From: an uncultured Thermodesulfobacteriota bacterium
GTDB taxonomy: Bacteria > Desulfobacterota > WTBG01 > CAIYCZ01
Direction: 5' to 3'
NCBI GenBank assembly: GCA_964594075.1
Contig: CAZQKW010000017.1
Coordinates: 1,290 to 65,289 of the forward strand
Length of the DNA: 64,000 nucleotides
The notes under the pieces are model-generated. The model was given only the letters and a program-made list of their open reading frames with translations. It was not told the DNA's origin and searched no databases. A program made the translations under genes and the position numbers. Shown here in pieces: positions 39,801 through 49,812 of the stretch (position 1 is the first letter of the stretch; each line of letters begins with the position of its first letter).

Positions 39801-40515
39801 CATCGAAACACCAGGCACGATAGTTGTGGCCCCCGGCGGAATGCACATTTCAGCTCAACCGGCAGTTCAAAACGCTTCGGCACGAGAGATTATTCAGTGT
39901 GTAACCGGCAAACGAGCTGTTATTAGCGGCAGAATTAATCTGCAGGGTGATTTTGTAGCGCACGGTTCTGCGGATGACGTAATGAACACCCTCAGGGGAA
40001 ACCTCTCAATTGTTGCCCGCAAGGGCCGGATTTATCGTTCCAATCTGTTCACCAACATCCTGTCCTTTTTGAGCGTTAGGAATCTTATCTTGGGAAGAAA
40101 AGCCGATATTGCAGAAAAAGGATTTGCCTACCGATCGCTCTCCATTAACGGTGAATTTCACGGCAATACTTTCAAGATACATGAGGGTGTTTTAGACAGC
40201 AATACCTTGAGTCTTGCCTGTGAAGGCACGTATAACCTCTCCAATAAACGCATGGATTTAACGGTGCTGGCAACACCATTTCAAATTTACGATCTGGTGT
40301 TAATGAGTGTCCCGGTGGTGGGCATGGTTTTTGGCAGGACGCTTATTGGCGTGCCGATACGGGTGACCGGCGCGCTGGACGATCCGAAACTCGGGCCTGG
40401 AAATCCCGCAGCCATACCACGGGGTATTTTGGGCATTTTCAAAAATATTGTTAAACTTCCCGTAAGAATAATTGAACCGATTATGCCGCAGAAGGATTCT
40501 GAAAACAGGAGGTAA
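36889..40515 (+). CDS. Large AsmA-like / YhdP-like protein
   Basis: 1208 aa, N-terminal anchor, beta-rich, C-terminal GTYNL..MDLTV.. and PIRVTGALDDP. Confidence 0.75.
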   Translation: MKKKNTIILLSSIAGIFCVVIVLSLLAPAFITQEIITKKIVQELSQKLDAEVQVKRSGLSIFPRPRVAAYELTVIFSDRATLNIAEAQLYPALLPLLNGTVQPAHIHVIAPHLSFSMPSYQTAPPALGHDVTIAGIQKRAAESIRKVLHTAPLSSVVVSGGDIQITAGENTLFSFSGVRGQLQCATDRASVTIRCGSNMWKKAALQAAVLFSDMQLDGTVSFSELDLHPILKYVSPDAFSIVKSVIDGEGSIVVDTSGLIGARFKVAVPSLSVNKQGEQQIIKGALQSVGLKTDLQNTFVAVAGIFEYPLLNVSGTCSIETAQRTIRFEGEGKNIDLGSCAEVAGSFFRQQPQFREIAGRIKGGTFSDVSFKAQGPLGLDIVGNKNFVLRGRLSRGHLVITEANSEVEDLSADVTAQNGILVAQNIHARCGQSRIDNGSVQIDLSRQYKPLLIDTEFTADVSQLPRFLHLIPESIVRRELSLIQNPQGTGSGRFTMRAMRDSHFIDIDLTGLRLEARYRSFPMPLKLSKGQCAYQNGILSFSDVSGILGKSMVQHTAASFNLGNAPALSIATNDATVDLEELRMALNSFPATHRIIRDITRLTGQLTIRSLAINGPLRSPQQWKFMLRGEVRDAQLAATQLESAATIKNATLQINQDVFSMIGAHAEYLDSSLKGTLYLKDYLQGITSLKLTARGSVGQKSVLQIMDLINAPAELVPHGPLLFKQSQLIWTRNGLTEFNGDFSCARGPQIVVSMQAQPQTLEIKKLQITDQASEILISLGMQKDFFDFTFKGHIEKATVDRVLLNNQLMNGWINGDMTARLNWSNPLHSTATGTLAWEDIQHPRIDTFPLNIKSASLTAQGKKLTIKNAQVTAGSSTGTAEGSIVFEREGYILDLQLAANRLNLDEFHIMATRNSSDGGEKNLWEIPVRGTVLLTAQSLSLGPLAWRPFHATITVADRKITVAAIDSKLCSIETPGTIVVAPGGMHISAQPAVQNASAREIIQCVTGKRAVISGRINLQGDFVAHGSADDVMNTLRGNLSIVARKGRIYRSNLFTNILSFLSVRNLILGRKADIAEKGFAYRSLSINGEFHGNTFKIHEGVLDSNTLSLACEGTYNLSNKRMDLTVLATPFQIYDLVLMSVPVVGMVFGRTLIGVPIRVTGALDDPKLGPGNPAAIPRGILGIFKNIVKLPVRIIEPIMPQKDSENRR

Positions 40516-40729
40516 CCTGTTCATTAGCCATCTGTGTAGTAACAGAGCACAAAATCGGAGAAAGCATTAAAAACCAAAACAAAGATATTCGAAATTTATT
40601 TGGCTTCTGATTCATTTGTTCGGGCTCAGTGCTCGCCTGAACAGTTATATTGTTCGCCACAGCCATCTCTCGCACCGCCCGTAACTCATTTCGTGCAGAA
40701 TGGCATTTTTAATGTGCTGATAGAGTGCA

Positions 40730-40780
40730 CAAGAAAAAAAGGCAGAGGCACAAAAAACGTGCCTCTGCCTTTTTTTCTTG
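40730..40780. terminator. Bidirectional terminator between convergent genes
   Basis: Perfect 22-bp inverted repeat CAAGAAAAAAAGGCAGAGGCAC / GTGCCTCTGCCTTTTTTTCTTG with a 7-nt loop. Confidence 0.9.
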
Positions 40781-40810
40781 AACGCCAAAGAACAGGAATG
40801 GTTGCAGCGG

Positions 40811-42538
40811 TTAAACGCCCCAAAATGAATCAATTTCTTCAGAGGTAAAATCCCACACCACATTATGCGGCGGACACGGCTCGTCAAAGAACTCCGGTAA
40901 GCGGTCATGTGTGTTGCTGAAACCGGCCGCAATATTAAATTCATGTTCGGTTCGCAGTATTTTTCTGCCCAGCGTGCGACCGTCATCTGCCGTCATTTCT
41001 AAATCATATTTGGCGTTAATCATATCAAAGACCAGAGAAAACACTTCCGGCTTATCCAACAGGGGGAACATAACGAAAATACAAAGGCCGGTACTGTCGA
41101 TTAACGCAGTGCCGATCTGCAATTTTCGTGAAAGTTCAACTTCGCCTTCTTTCCGCAACGGATCAACAAAACCCCCGATTCGTAATATGTTTACCGGGAT
41201 ACAGTAACCAGCAGTATGGTCGGCGCCCATCGTTGACGTCGCATAGGTTATCCCCATACCTTTTACCGGCCGTGGATCATAAGCGGGCAGGGCCTGATTT
41301 TTTACCACCGGGACTCTGGTCACACCGTATGCTCTGCCGACCGCTGCGGCACCCGAGCCAATGATTCTCCCCAGAGGAGTGCCCTCGCTGATTTCTTTAA
41401 GCAGGCGGAGCGCACCGGCACCGTCGCCAAAAGGTATGATTCCGGCTTCCATCGCAACACCAATTGCCACAGCGGTTTCTATTGTGTCAATGCCAATATC
41501 ATCGAGAAGGTGGTCTATTTCAGCAATAATGTCCAGATCTTCTATGCAGCAGTTGGCGCCAAAGCCCCAAATTGTTTCATATTCAAAGCCGGATGTCACG
41601 TAATTGCCATTTTTGTCGTTATATACCTGTGAACATTGTATGACACATCCTGCATGGCAGGCATGATGCGGTTTGCCGTTTCGATTTAAAATAGTTTCAC
41701 GCATGGTTTCGCCGCTTATTTTCTCAGCCGCTGCAAATCTGCCGTAATGAAAATTTCGGGTTGGAAGTCCTCCTGATTCGTTCAATATGTTTACCAGCAC
41801 ATCGGTCCCATACGTCTTCAGTGCCTGGCCACTTACCGGATGATCGACCAACGCCTTTGCAAACGCACGGGCAGCGATCTTAAATTTTTCCTGGTCAAAG
41901 ATTTTTACTCCGGGTCCATCAGTGGGATCTATGGTGATATATTTGACTTTTTTGGAACCCATAACGGCGCCCAATCCGCCGCGGCCATGGCTGCGAATAT
42001 AACCATCAGGATCCTTTACCGAAATATTAGCAGCCACCAGGCGTTTTTCCCCAGCGGGGCCGATGGACAGCATACCGGTTTTATCTCCATGTTTTTTTAT
42101 GAGCGTTTTCATGACGGCATAATTTCCCTTGCCGACTAATGTTTTTTCCTCCTGAATTGCGACGCCATCTTTAGTAACATGAAGACCATACCATGCATCT
42201 TTTTCCGGCAGTCCCTCAATAATAAGCGCTTTAATGCCTAACCGGGCAAGACACTGGGCAGCCGTGCCCCCCGCGTTGCTCTCTTTTATGGTGCCGGTCA
42301 GCGGACTTTTAGCACCCGCAGAAAGCCGTCCAGAATTTGGACATGTGGTTCCGCCAAGCATACCGGGAGCAAAGACCAGCTTATTCTGAGCGCCCAGCGG
42401 ATTGCAGGTCGGATTCACTTCATGGGCAACAATATTAGACGTCAACCCTCTGCCGCCGAGCACGCTCCATTTCTCCGGAACATCCTCAACTGTTGCCGTA
42501 AGCGTCGTCATGTTAACGCGATAAATTTTCTCTGCCAT
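40811..42538 (-). CDS. aor: Aldehyde:ferredoxin oxidoreductase (W-bis-pterin AOR family)
   Basis: KSPLTG.IKESNAGG, GRGGLGAVMGSK, CHAGCVIQC, EYET, D.IGIDTIE, GADHT. Confidence 0.93.
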   Translation of the reverse strand: MAEKIYRVNMTTLTATVEDVPEKWSVLGGRGLTSNIVAHEVNPTCNPLGAQNKLVFAPGMLGGTTCPNSGRLSAGAKSPLTGTIKESNAGGTAAQCLARLGIKALIIEGLPEKDAWYGLHVTKDGVAIQEEKTLVGKGNYAVMKTLIKKHGDKTGMLSIGPAGEKRLVAANISVKDPDGYIRSHGRGGLGAVMGSKKVKYITIDPTDGPGVKIFDQEKFKIAARAFAKALVDHPVSGQALKTYGTDVLVNILNESGGLPTRNFHYGRFAAAEKISGETMRETILNRNGKPHHACHAGCVIQCSQVYNDKNGNYVTSGFEYETIWGFGANCCIEDLDIIAEIDHLLDDIGIDTIETAVAIGVAMEAGIIPFGDGAGALRLLKEISEGTPLGRIIGSGAAAVGRAYGVTRVPVVKNQALPAYDPRPVKGMGITYATSTMGADHTAGYCIPVNILRIGGFVDPLRKEGEVELSRKLQIGTALIDSTGLCIFVMFPLLDKPEVFSLVFDMINAKYDLEMTADDGRTLGRKILRTEHEFNIAAGFSNTHDRLPEFFDEPCPPHNVVWDFTSEEIDSFWGV

Positions 42539-42572
42539 AATTCCTCCCTTTTCAATTTAGTGAAAGTTTCTG

Positions 42573-42679
42573 ATAACTCTCCTTTCCCAAAGGGAGGCCC
42601 TGCTGTTTCCAGCAAAACCCTGTGGCCTGTTACCGTGAGAGCATTAGCATTCTTTTAGGTTCAGAGGCTCGGAGATTAT
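42573..42679 (-). ncRNA. Moco RNA motif riboswitch, P3-less (Tuco-type) variant
   Basis: CUCCGAGC, P2 (CUCUG.ACC..GGU..CAG), GGCC-AC-AGGG, a GAAA-tetraloop stem (UUUUGCUG/CAGCAGGG), then CCUCCC..GGGAAAGGAG. P1 closes AUAAUCUCC/GGAGAGUUAU. Directly upstream of aor. Confidence 0.85.
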
Positions 42680-42790
42680 TAATATTGTAAGTTTAACACA
42701 TTAAATGCATTCATTGCCAGCATTTTATCAAGGGGTCCCGGCCGAGAAAAGATTGTGAAAGAAATTCTCACTGGTTCGTTTTGCAGTTTT

Positions 42791-42901
42791 GACCGGTTTC
42801 ATGCCGCGCAAGCACCGCTTTGTAAGCAAGGTCAAGAGGCATGTATCTGAAAAAAATAATTAAGCTCCGGGAAGCCCCGCCTTGGAGGCACAAAGCTTCA
42901 C
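42791..42901. mobile_element. ~111-bp IS200/IS605-like miniature element, copy 1
   Basis: Similar along its full length to 54469-54580. Two terminal hairpins, no ORF. Confidence 0.55.
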
Positions 42902-42944
42902 ATAATTATAGTTCTTGAAATAATATTAATTTTGTATAATCGTT

Positions 42945-42969
42945 CAATAACAAAATCATTTTGTTATTG
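42945..42969. promoter_or_regulatory. Perfect palindrome downstream of a TATAAT box, upstream of pgm
   Basis: CAATAACAAAAT-C-ATTTTGTTATTG. TATAAT at 42935-42940. Confidence 0.55.
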
Positions 42970-43076
42970 GTTTGAAAAGATCTTTTTGCTGAAGTAGATC
43001 AAAACATTACCGTAAACCCGAAGATACGCGCAGCCTCTTTGAACAGGTGCACGGGAAGGGAACGTATAGGACGTGT

Positions 43077-44735
43077 ATGGCAATTTCACCGTTTGCCGGT
43101 AAACCGGCTCCACAGGATATGCTCATTGACCCGGCCGCGCTCGAAAAACAGTATTATGCACATCAACCGGATATTAATGATCCAAACCAGCTTGTCATAT
43201 TTGGCACCAGCGGCCACCGCGGATCGCCAGTGCACGGAACGTTCACCGAAGCGCATATTCTGGCTATAGCCCAGGCCATTTGCGACTACCGCACCAGTCA
43301 GGGCATTAACGGACCGCTTTTTATGGGAAAAGACACGCACGCCCTGTCAGGGCCTGCCCAGCGCACGGCGCTTGAAGTGCTTGCAGCCAATAATGTCGCA
43401 ACGGTCATTCAGCCCCACAACGGTGTAACACCGACGCCGGTCATATCACGGGCGATTCTTGCCTACAATCGTGACCACCCGGATAGGCGGGCTGACGGCA
43501 TCGTCATCACTCCCTCCCATAACCCGCCGCAAGATGGGGGATTTAAATACAACCCGCCCCATGGTGGCCCGGCTGACACTGACGTAACCCGCTGGGTTCA
43601 GAACCGGGCAAACGAGCTGCTGCAGCGCAATAATGCTGAGGTGCGGCGCATTACATACGACCGCGCCATTAAGGCAGAGAGCACCGTTCAGCAGGACTTC
43701 GTGCTGCCTTACGTCAAAGACCTGCGCACCGTCATTGACATGGATATGATCTATGCAGCAGGCTTAAGGCTGGGGGTTGATCCGTTGGGAGGCGCCGGAC
43801 AGCCATACTGGGAGCCGATTAATTTTTTGTATAAGCTGGATATTGTGGTTGTGAATCCCGTTATTGATTCGACGTTTTCGTTTATGACCGTAGATCATGA
43901 CGGGGTGATACGCATGGATTGCTCCAGTCCCTATGCTATGGCGCGACTGGTTGGTTTAAAAGACGAATACCAGGTGGCATTTGCCAATGACCCGGACGCC
44001 GACCGTCACGGCGTTGTCACGCCGTCCACCGGTTTGATGAACCCAAACCATTATCTTGCAGCAGCCATTCAATACCTGCTCGCCAATCGCCCCTTGTGGC
44101 CGCCTGAGTCGGTTGTGGGTAAAACGCTGGTCAGCAGCACCATTATTGACCGGGTGGCAACCGCTCTGGGCCGCACGGTTTGCGAAGTGCCGGTTGGTTT
44201 TAAGTGGTTTGTTGAAGGGCTTTTAAGCGGCAAATGCTGCATCGGCGGTGAGGAGAGCGCTGGCGCCAGCTTTCTGCGGCGCGATGGCACGGTGTGGACG
44301 ACCGACAAAGATGGTCTGATTATGAATTTACTTGCTGCTGAAATAACGGCGAACACGGGCAGAGATCCGGGGGAGCACTTTCAGGAACTGACGGCACAAT
44401 TCGGCACGCCCTATTACACACGCATTGATGCGGCAGCAACACCGCAGCAAAAGGCTTTTCTGCAGACGTTATCCCCAGATGCAGTGAGGGTCTCCCATCT
44501 TGCCGGCGAACCTGTCACCGGCACGATTACCCGGGCACCGGGTAACGGCGCCCCCTTTGGCGGCCTCAAGGTAATTACTGCAAACGGCTGGTTTGCTGCG
44601 CGGCCGTCCGGCACAGAAAACATTTATAAGATTTATGCCGAGAGCTTCAAAAGTCAGGAGCATCTGGATGCTATCGTGAGCGAGGCCCAGCAGATTGTAG
44701 ATACTGTCCTCGCGGGCAAGAAGACCATTTCATAG
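43077..44735 (+). CDS. pgm: Phosphoglucomutase (alpha-D-glucose-phosphate specific)
   Basis: [48 protein letters not shown]. Confidence 0.95.
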   Translation: MAISPFAGKPAPQDMLIDPAALEKQYYAHQPDINDPNQLVIFGTSGHRGSPVHGTFTEAHILAIAQAICDYRTSQGINGPLFMGKDTHALSGPAQRTALEVLAANNVATVIQPHNGVTPTPVISRAILAYNRDHPDRRADGIVITPSHNPPQDGGFKYNPPHGGPADTDVTRWVQNRANELLQRNNAEVRRITYDRAIKAESTVQQDFVLPYVKDLRTVIDMDMIYAAGLRLGVDPLGGAGQPYWEPINFLYKLDIVVVNPVIDSTFSFMTVDHDGVIRMDCSSPYAMARLVGLKDEYQVAFANDPDADRHGVVTPSTGLMNPNHYLAAAIQYLLANRPLWPPESVVGKTLVSSTIIDRVATALGRTVCEVPVGFKWFVEGLLSGKCCIGGEESAGASFLRRDGTVWTTDKDGLIMNLLAAEITANTGRDPGEHFQELTAQFGTPYYTRIDAAATPQQKAFLQTLSPDAVRVSHLAGEPVTGTITRAPGNGAPFGGLKVITANGWFAARPSGTENIYKIYAESFKSQEHLDAIVSEAQQIVDTVLAGKKTIS

Positions 44736-44787
44736 CAGCCACTGCCAGCCAATGATATGGGATTAGAATAACTGGAAGGAGCACACA

Positions 44788-46428
44788 ATGAAGGCATCTG
44801 TCAAACCGCTCACCACACGTCCGGCCTGGAAAGCGCTCGCCATGCATTACAAGAAAATCCGCACAGTGCATCTGCGTGAACTCTTTGCCCAGGATCCGGA
44901 ACGCGGGAAGCGCATGACCGCTGCCGGAGCGGGGCTGTTTCTGGATTATTCAAAAAACCGTGTTACCGATGACACGCTTATGCTGCTTCTTCAGTTGGCA
45001 GAAGAATCCGATTTGAAAGGGCGGATTGACGCCATGTTTCGGGGAGAGAAGATTAACGTGACGGAAAATCGCCCCGCCCTGCACGTTGCGCTGCGGGCGC
45101 CACGGAGCGTGACGTTTATAGTAGATGGCGAGAACGTTGTGCCTCAGGTTCACGCGGTTCTTGACCAGATGACGGAATTTACCCGCCGGGTGAGGCAGCG
45201 GGAATGGAAGGGTTACACCGGCAAACCCATACGCAACATTGTCAATATCGGCATCGGCGGTTCAGACTTGGGGCCGGCCATGGCGTATGAGGCACTCAAG
45301 TACTATAGCGACCGCACCATGACATTTCGGTTCATTTCTAACATTGACGGTACAGACTTTTCGGAAGCAACCCGCGATCTTGATCCAGCAGAAACACTGT
45401 TCATCGTTGCCTCTAAAACATTCACGACGCTGGAGACCATGACAAATGCGCGGACTGCGCGCGAGTGGGTGCTCAATGGTCTTGGCGGCGACCCCGCGGC
45501 AGTGACTAGGCATTTTGTCGCCGTCTCAACCAATACGGCACGGGTGTTGGAATTTGGTATTGACCCGGCGAATATGTTTGGATTCTGGGACTGGGTTGGC
45601 GGGCGCTACTCCTTGGATTCGGCAATTGGCCTCTCCACCATGCTTGCCATTGGTCCTGAAAACTTTCGCTCGTTGCTCAACGGATTTTATCAAATGGACG
45701 AGCACTTTCGCTCAGCCCCTTTTGCGCACAACCTGCCGGTGCTGCTGGGGCTTTTATCCGTCTGGTACAATAATTTCTTTGGGGCGGAGACCGTTGCAAT
45801 TTTGCCGTATGATCACTATTTAAGGCGGTTCCCGGCTTATCTGCAACAATTGGCGATGGAGAGTAACGGCAAACGTGTCACGCGCAGCGGATCAGCAGTG
45901 AATTATCAGACCGGACCCATTTACTGGGGTGAACCGGGAACTAACGGCCAACACTCGTTTTATCAGTTATTACATCAGGGAACCAGGTTGGTTCCCTGTG
46001 ATTTTATCGCATTCTTTGAATCGCTCAATCCCATTGGCCGCCATCACCCTATGCTTCTGGCAAATGTTTTTGCCCAGGCCGAAGCGCTGGCGTTCGGCAA
46101 GACCGCAGCGCAATGCAGGGATGAGGGAGTGCCTGCGTGGCTGGTTCCCCATCGGGTATTTGACGGCAATCGGCCGTCAAATATTATCCTTGCCCAGCGT
46201 CTAACACCGGAAACGCTGGGAAATCTGGTCGCCCTTTACGAGCATTGTGTGTTCACCCAGGGCGTCATCTGGGACATTAATTCATTTGACCAGTGGGGTG
46301 TTGAACTGGGAAAAGCGCTGGCCGAGCGGATTATTAGCGAACTGGAGAGCGACGAAGAACCGCACCCTTCTCATGACAGCTCGACCAGCATGTTGATCAG
46401 GCTCTATCTCAACAGAAAGGAGAGATAA
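44788..46428 (+). CDS. pgi: Glucose-6-phosphate isomerase
   Basis: [55 protein letters not shown]. Confidence 0.96.
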   Translation: MKASVKPLTTRPAWKALAMHYKKIRTVHLRELFAQDPERGKRMTAAGAGLFLDYSKNRVTDDTLMLLLQLAEESDLKGRIDAMFRGEKINVTENRPALHVALRAPRSVTFIVDGENVVPQVHAVLDQMTEFTRRVRQREWKGYTGKPIRNIVNIGIGGSDLGPAMAYEALKYYSDRTMTFRFISNIDGTDFSEATRDLDPAETLFIVASKTFTTLETMTNARTAREWVLNGLGGDPAAVTRHFVAVSTNTARVLEFGIDPANMFGFWDWVGGRYSLDSAIGLSTMLAIGPENFRSLLNGFYQMDEHFRSAPFAHNLPVLLGLLSVWYNNFFGAETVAILPYDHYLRRFPAYLQQLAMESNGKRVTRSGSAVNYQTGPIYWGEPGTNGQHSFYQLLHQGTRLVPCDFIAFFESLNPIGRHHPMLLANVFAQAEALAFGKTAAQCRDEGVPAWLVPHRVFDGNRPSNIILAQRLTPETLGNLVALYEHCVFTQGVIWDINSFDQWGVELGKALAERIISELESDEEPHPSHDSSTSMLIRLYLNRKER

Positions 46429-46430
46429 TT

Positions 46431-47453
46431 ATGCAATGCGCGATGATCGGTCTGGGAAGAATGGGGGGGAATATGGCGCGCCGGTTGATACGGGCTGGAC
46501 ACGACGTCATCGTTTATTCCGCAACTGCTCAAAGACGGGAGGTTTTTGCCAGGGAAACCGGCGCCTGTGCCGCTTCTTCCCTTGATGACCTGGTCGGCAA
46601 ACTGAGGCTGCCGCGCGTGCTATGGCTGATGATCCCCGCAGGCGAAGTTGATGCTCTAATAAACACGCTCGCCCCAAAGCTGGATAGGGGAGATATTATC
46701 ATTGACGGCGGCAATTCATACTACTGCGATGATCTGCGGCGGGCGAAAGAACTGGCTTCCCGGGGAGTTCGGTATGTTGATTGTGGCACCAGCGGTGGCG
46801 TCTGGGGACTGGAACGGGGCTATTGTCTGATGATTGGCGGCGAGGCTGCCGCAGTCAAGTACCTTGATCCGCTTTTTGCCTCATTGGCACCCGGTAGGGG
46901 CGACATTCAGCAAACAGCCGGACGAGAGAAAAGCAGCAGCACCGCCGAACAGGGATATCTGCACTGCGGGCCGCACGGCGCCGGGCATTTCGTCAAAATG
47001 GTGCACAACGGCATTGAATACGGCATCATGGCCGCATATGCTGAAGGGTTCAACATTCTGCGCCACGCTAACCTCGGCGTGCGACCACAGCGGTCTGATG
47101 CTGCAACAACGCCGCTTGCGCCCGCCGAAGCATATCCGTTTGATTTCAACCTTGCCGAGATTGCGGAACTCTGGCGGCGTGGCAGCGTGATTTCTTCCTG
47201 GCTGCTTGATCTCACGGCAACCGCCTTGTGCAGGGATCCTGAACTTGACGGCTTTACCGGACAAGTTGCTGATTCCGGAGAAGGGCGTTGGACGGTCAAG
47301 GCTGCAGTTGATGAAGGAGTCCCGGCGCCTGTGATTACCGCGGCACTGTATGCGCGATTCGTCTCGCGCGGCACGGCTGAATTTGCCGATAAACTGCTGT
47401 CCGCAATGCGCTACGAGTTTGGCGGACATCTGGAAAAGGCAGCAAAAGAGTAA
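46431..47453 (+). CDS. gnd: Decarboxylating 6-phosphogluconate dehydrogenase, short form
   Basis: GLGRMG, IDGGNS, DCGTSGG, GHFVKMVHNGIEY, AMRYEFGGH. Confidence 0.95.
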   Translation: MQCAMIGLGRMGGNMARRLIRAGHDVIVYSATAQRREVFARETGACAASSLDDLVGKLRLPRVLWLMIPAGEVDALINTLAPKLDRGDIIIDGGNSYYCDDLRRAKELASRGVRYVDCGTSGGVWGLERGYCLMIGGEAAAVKYLDPLFASLAPGRGDIQQTAGREKSSSTAEQGYLHCGPHGAGHFVKMVHNGIEYGIMAAYAEGFNILRHANLGVRPQRSDAATTPLAPAEAYPFDFNLAEIAELWRRGSVISSWLLDLTATALCRDPELDGFTGQVADSGEGRWTVKAAVDEGVPAPVITAALYARFVSRGTAEFADKLLSAMRYEFGGHLEKAAKE

Positions 47454-47477
47454 CGGACCGATTTTAAAAACCGGACC

Positions 47478-48179
47478 ATGAAAATAAAAATATTGGCAGA
47501 CTGCACTGCCGTTGCAGAAGAGGCTGCCGCTGTTATCGCCGCAGAAGCCTGGGCAGCGGTTGAGGCACGCAGCCGTTTCATCGTTGCCTTCAGCGGCGGC
47601 AGCACGCCGCGGCGAATGCTCACGGTTTTGGCCGGCACAGATATGCCATGGAATAAGGTGCATGTGGCGCAGGTGGATGAGCGGGTTGCCCCTGCGGGAG
47701 ACCCGATGAGAAATCTTACTCAATTGCGCCAATGCCTGATAGACCATACACCGCTTCCCCGGACACACCTGTATCCCATGCCGGTGGAATCACCCGATCT
47801 GCGGACAGCGGCTGCTCAGTATGCCCTGACGCTCCAAGCAATTGCCGGCGTTCCTGCGATCCTTGACCTTATTCACCTGGGCTTGGGGACTGATGGGCAT
47901 ACCGCATCCTTGTTTCCCGGCGATTCCGTTCTGCATATCGCCGACAGGGATGTTGCCGTAACGGAACGGTATCAGGGAACACAACGGATGACCCTGACGT
48001 ATCCCATACTCAATCGCGCCCGTTCTGTTTTGTGGGTGGTAACCGGCAGCGAGAAGGCGGAAATGCTTGCGCGTTTGTACGCCGGCGACGCAAGCATCCC
48101 GGCGGGAATGGTGCGCCGCGACCATGCTCTGGTGATTGCAGACCGGGAGGCCGCGGCACAACTCAAGCCGAATGTGTGA
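47478..48179 (+). CDS. pgl: 6-phosphogluconolactonase
   Basis: SGGSTP, DERV, LGLGTDGHTASLFP, RMTLT. Confidence 0.92.
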   Translation: MKIKILADCTAVAEEAAAVIAAEAWAAVEARSRFIVAFSGGSTPRRMLTVLAGTDMPWNKVHVAQVDERVAPAGDPMRNLTQLRQCLIDHTPLPRTHLYPMPVESPDLRTAAAQYALTLQAIAGVPAILDLIHLGLGTDGHTASLFPGDSVLHIADRDVAVTERYQGTQRMTLTYPILNRARSVLWVVTGSEKAEMLARLYAGDASIPAGMVRRDHALVIADREAAAQLKPNV

Positions 48180-48449
48180 AAACCACTTGAGGCTTCTTCA
48201 TGCAGAGCAATAAATATTTGGGGAACGGCCTGTTAAACTATGTTCTTAATTTTTAGGAAAGCAACTTAAGTTTCCACCTGCAGTCTTCGCATAAACCACT
48301 ATGTTGCTGGCAAAAGCAATTATCCACCCCGTCCCTCATAACTCAATGTGCGCATTTTCCTGGGAAGCACCTTCGAGATAGTGTTGAAGGCTTACTCCTT
48401 TAAATGATGCCATCAGCAGTTTAAAGCGGTTGCGCGGTCTTCGTTTGCC

Positions 48450-48784
48450 CATGACGCGGCGCAGCTAAAATGCGGGGCTTATTTCCTCCTTTACATTTAC
48501 CGAGGATTTTTTCGCTTCTACAAAAAATTTCCTGACGCCGCCGATACGAAAGCAGTAGTCAGGGGCTTTGGTGTAGCCGCAAATTTTGATGGGGTCCTCG
48601 TGGATGACATCTTTATAAGCTTCAGCGTAACCCTTTTTATTATTTACATCCCAGCCAAGCGCCTCAAAGAACGGGTCGAGGAATTCCCTTCTCAGCTGCG
48701 TCTCATTATACTGCCCTGAGGTATATGCCTTGCGATTGCGCCCAAACCGTCAACCAGTTTAATTATTTCCAGTGGTGCGGACAT
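48450..48784 (-). pseudogene. 5' remnant of a type IIG (Eco57I-like) restriction-modification enzyme
   Basis: MSAPLEIIKLVD, a 1-nt frameshift, then FGRNRKAYTSGQYNETQLRREFLDPFFEALGWDV..KDVIHED..APDYCFRIGG.RKFFVEAKK, in-frame TAG at 48465-48467, truncated after LRR. Confidence 0.8.
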
Positions 48785-49041
48785 AAATAGTCCCCGAACT
48801 GATTTTGACAGCTCATGAAATTTGCTGAAACCATATCAAACAGTGGCTGTTTTATGTCAATAAAAAAGCAGGTTTTTGATAAAATTCAGGCGCCCCAATG
48901 AAGGATGTGATGGTAGGAATGGCCCGGAATCGCGAGGATAGTCCTTGAAAATAATAATAAATATAATATATTAATTTACTTTGATCAGCTATTGAATATT
49001 TTTAGCGTTTAACACCTTTATAGAAAATACAGGGGCATGAT

Positions 49042-49812
49042 ATGAACTTCACATTTTTAACGCTGACCATTGCAGTCGGCCTGTTTCTCGCGATGCTTTT
49101 ATTTTTAAATATCGGCCGGCGTTTTGGCTGTGCGGCGCTTGCTAAGGAGGCCAAAGAATCTGCTCCCGGTGCAGGAGCAATAGATGCAGCAGTTTATGGT
49201 CTCCTAGGACTGCTCATTGCTTTTACTTTTTCAGGAGCAGCTACCAGATTTGAAACCCGGCGGCACCTCATCACTGAGGAGGCCAACGCCATCGGTACCG
49301 CTTATCTGCGGCTCGACCTTCTTGCTGAAGAACCGCGGCAGCTGCTCAGGGAAAAGTTCCGCCAGTATGTTGACTCGCGCCTTGAGGCATATCGCAAGCT
49401 GCCTGACATAGAGGCTGCAAAAATCGAGCTTTCGCGCTGTGCAGCAATTCAGTCCGAAATATGGTCAGAAGCAGTCGCTGCATGCCGGACGATAGCGCCC
49501 CAGCCCGCGGCCATGCTACTTCTGCCTGCGCTCAACCAGATGATCGACATTACGACTACCCGAAAAGTGGCGACACAGAACCACCCGCCATTCATTATTT
49601 TTATAATGCTCATTGTGCTGGCTCTTTTGTGCTCCCTTTTGGCTGGTTACAACATGGCTTGCAGCGGGAGCAGGATTCACATGGTGGTTTTTGCTGCCAT
49701 CCTGGCATTTACCATATACGTGATTTTTGACCTTGAGTACCCCCGGTTCGGGCTTATACAAATCGAGGCAGCAGATCAGGTTCTCGTTGAATTACGGCAG
49801 AGCATGAAGTGA
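49042..49812 (+). CDS. DUF4239 family membrane protein
   Basis: LLIAFTFSGA..RFETRR..ITEEANAIGTAYLR, NHPP, IFDLEYPRFGLIQ. Confidence 0.85.
   Translation: MNFTFLTLTIAVGLFLAMLLFLNIGRRFGCAALAKEAKESAPGAGAIDAAVYGLLGLLIAFTFSGAATRFETRRHLITEEANAIGTAYLRLDLLAEEPRQLLREKFRQYVDSRLEAYRKLPDIEAAKIELSRCAAIQSEIWSEAVAACRTIAPQPAAMLLLPALNQMIDITTTRKVATQNHPPFIIFIMLIVLALLCSLLAGYNMACSGSRIHMVVFAAILAFTIYVIFDLEYPRFGLIQIEAADQVLVELRQSMK

Noticed and set aside
42705-42722. Sigma54 promoter for aor (TGGCAATGAATGCA, minus strand)
   Set aside because: Only 8 nt separate GG and GC; 10 are required.
46881-47768. 295-aa antisense ORF over gnd/pgl
   Set aside because: Shadow of well-supported genes.
48180-48449. Further gene remnant between pgl and the RM relic
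   Set aside because: Short open stretches but no recognisable family.
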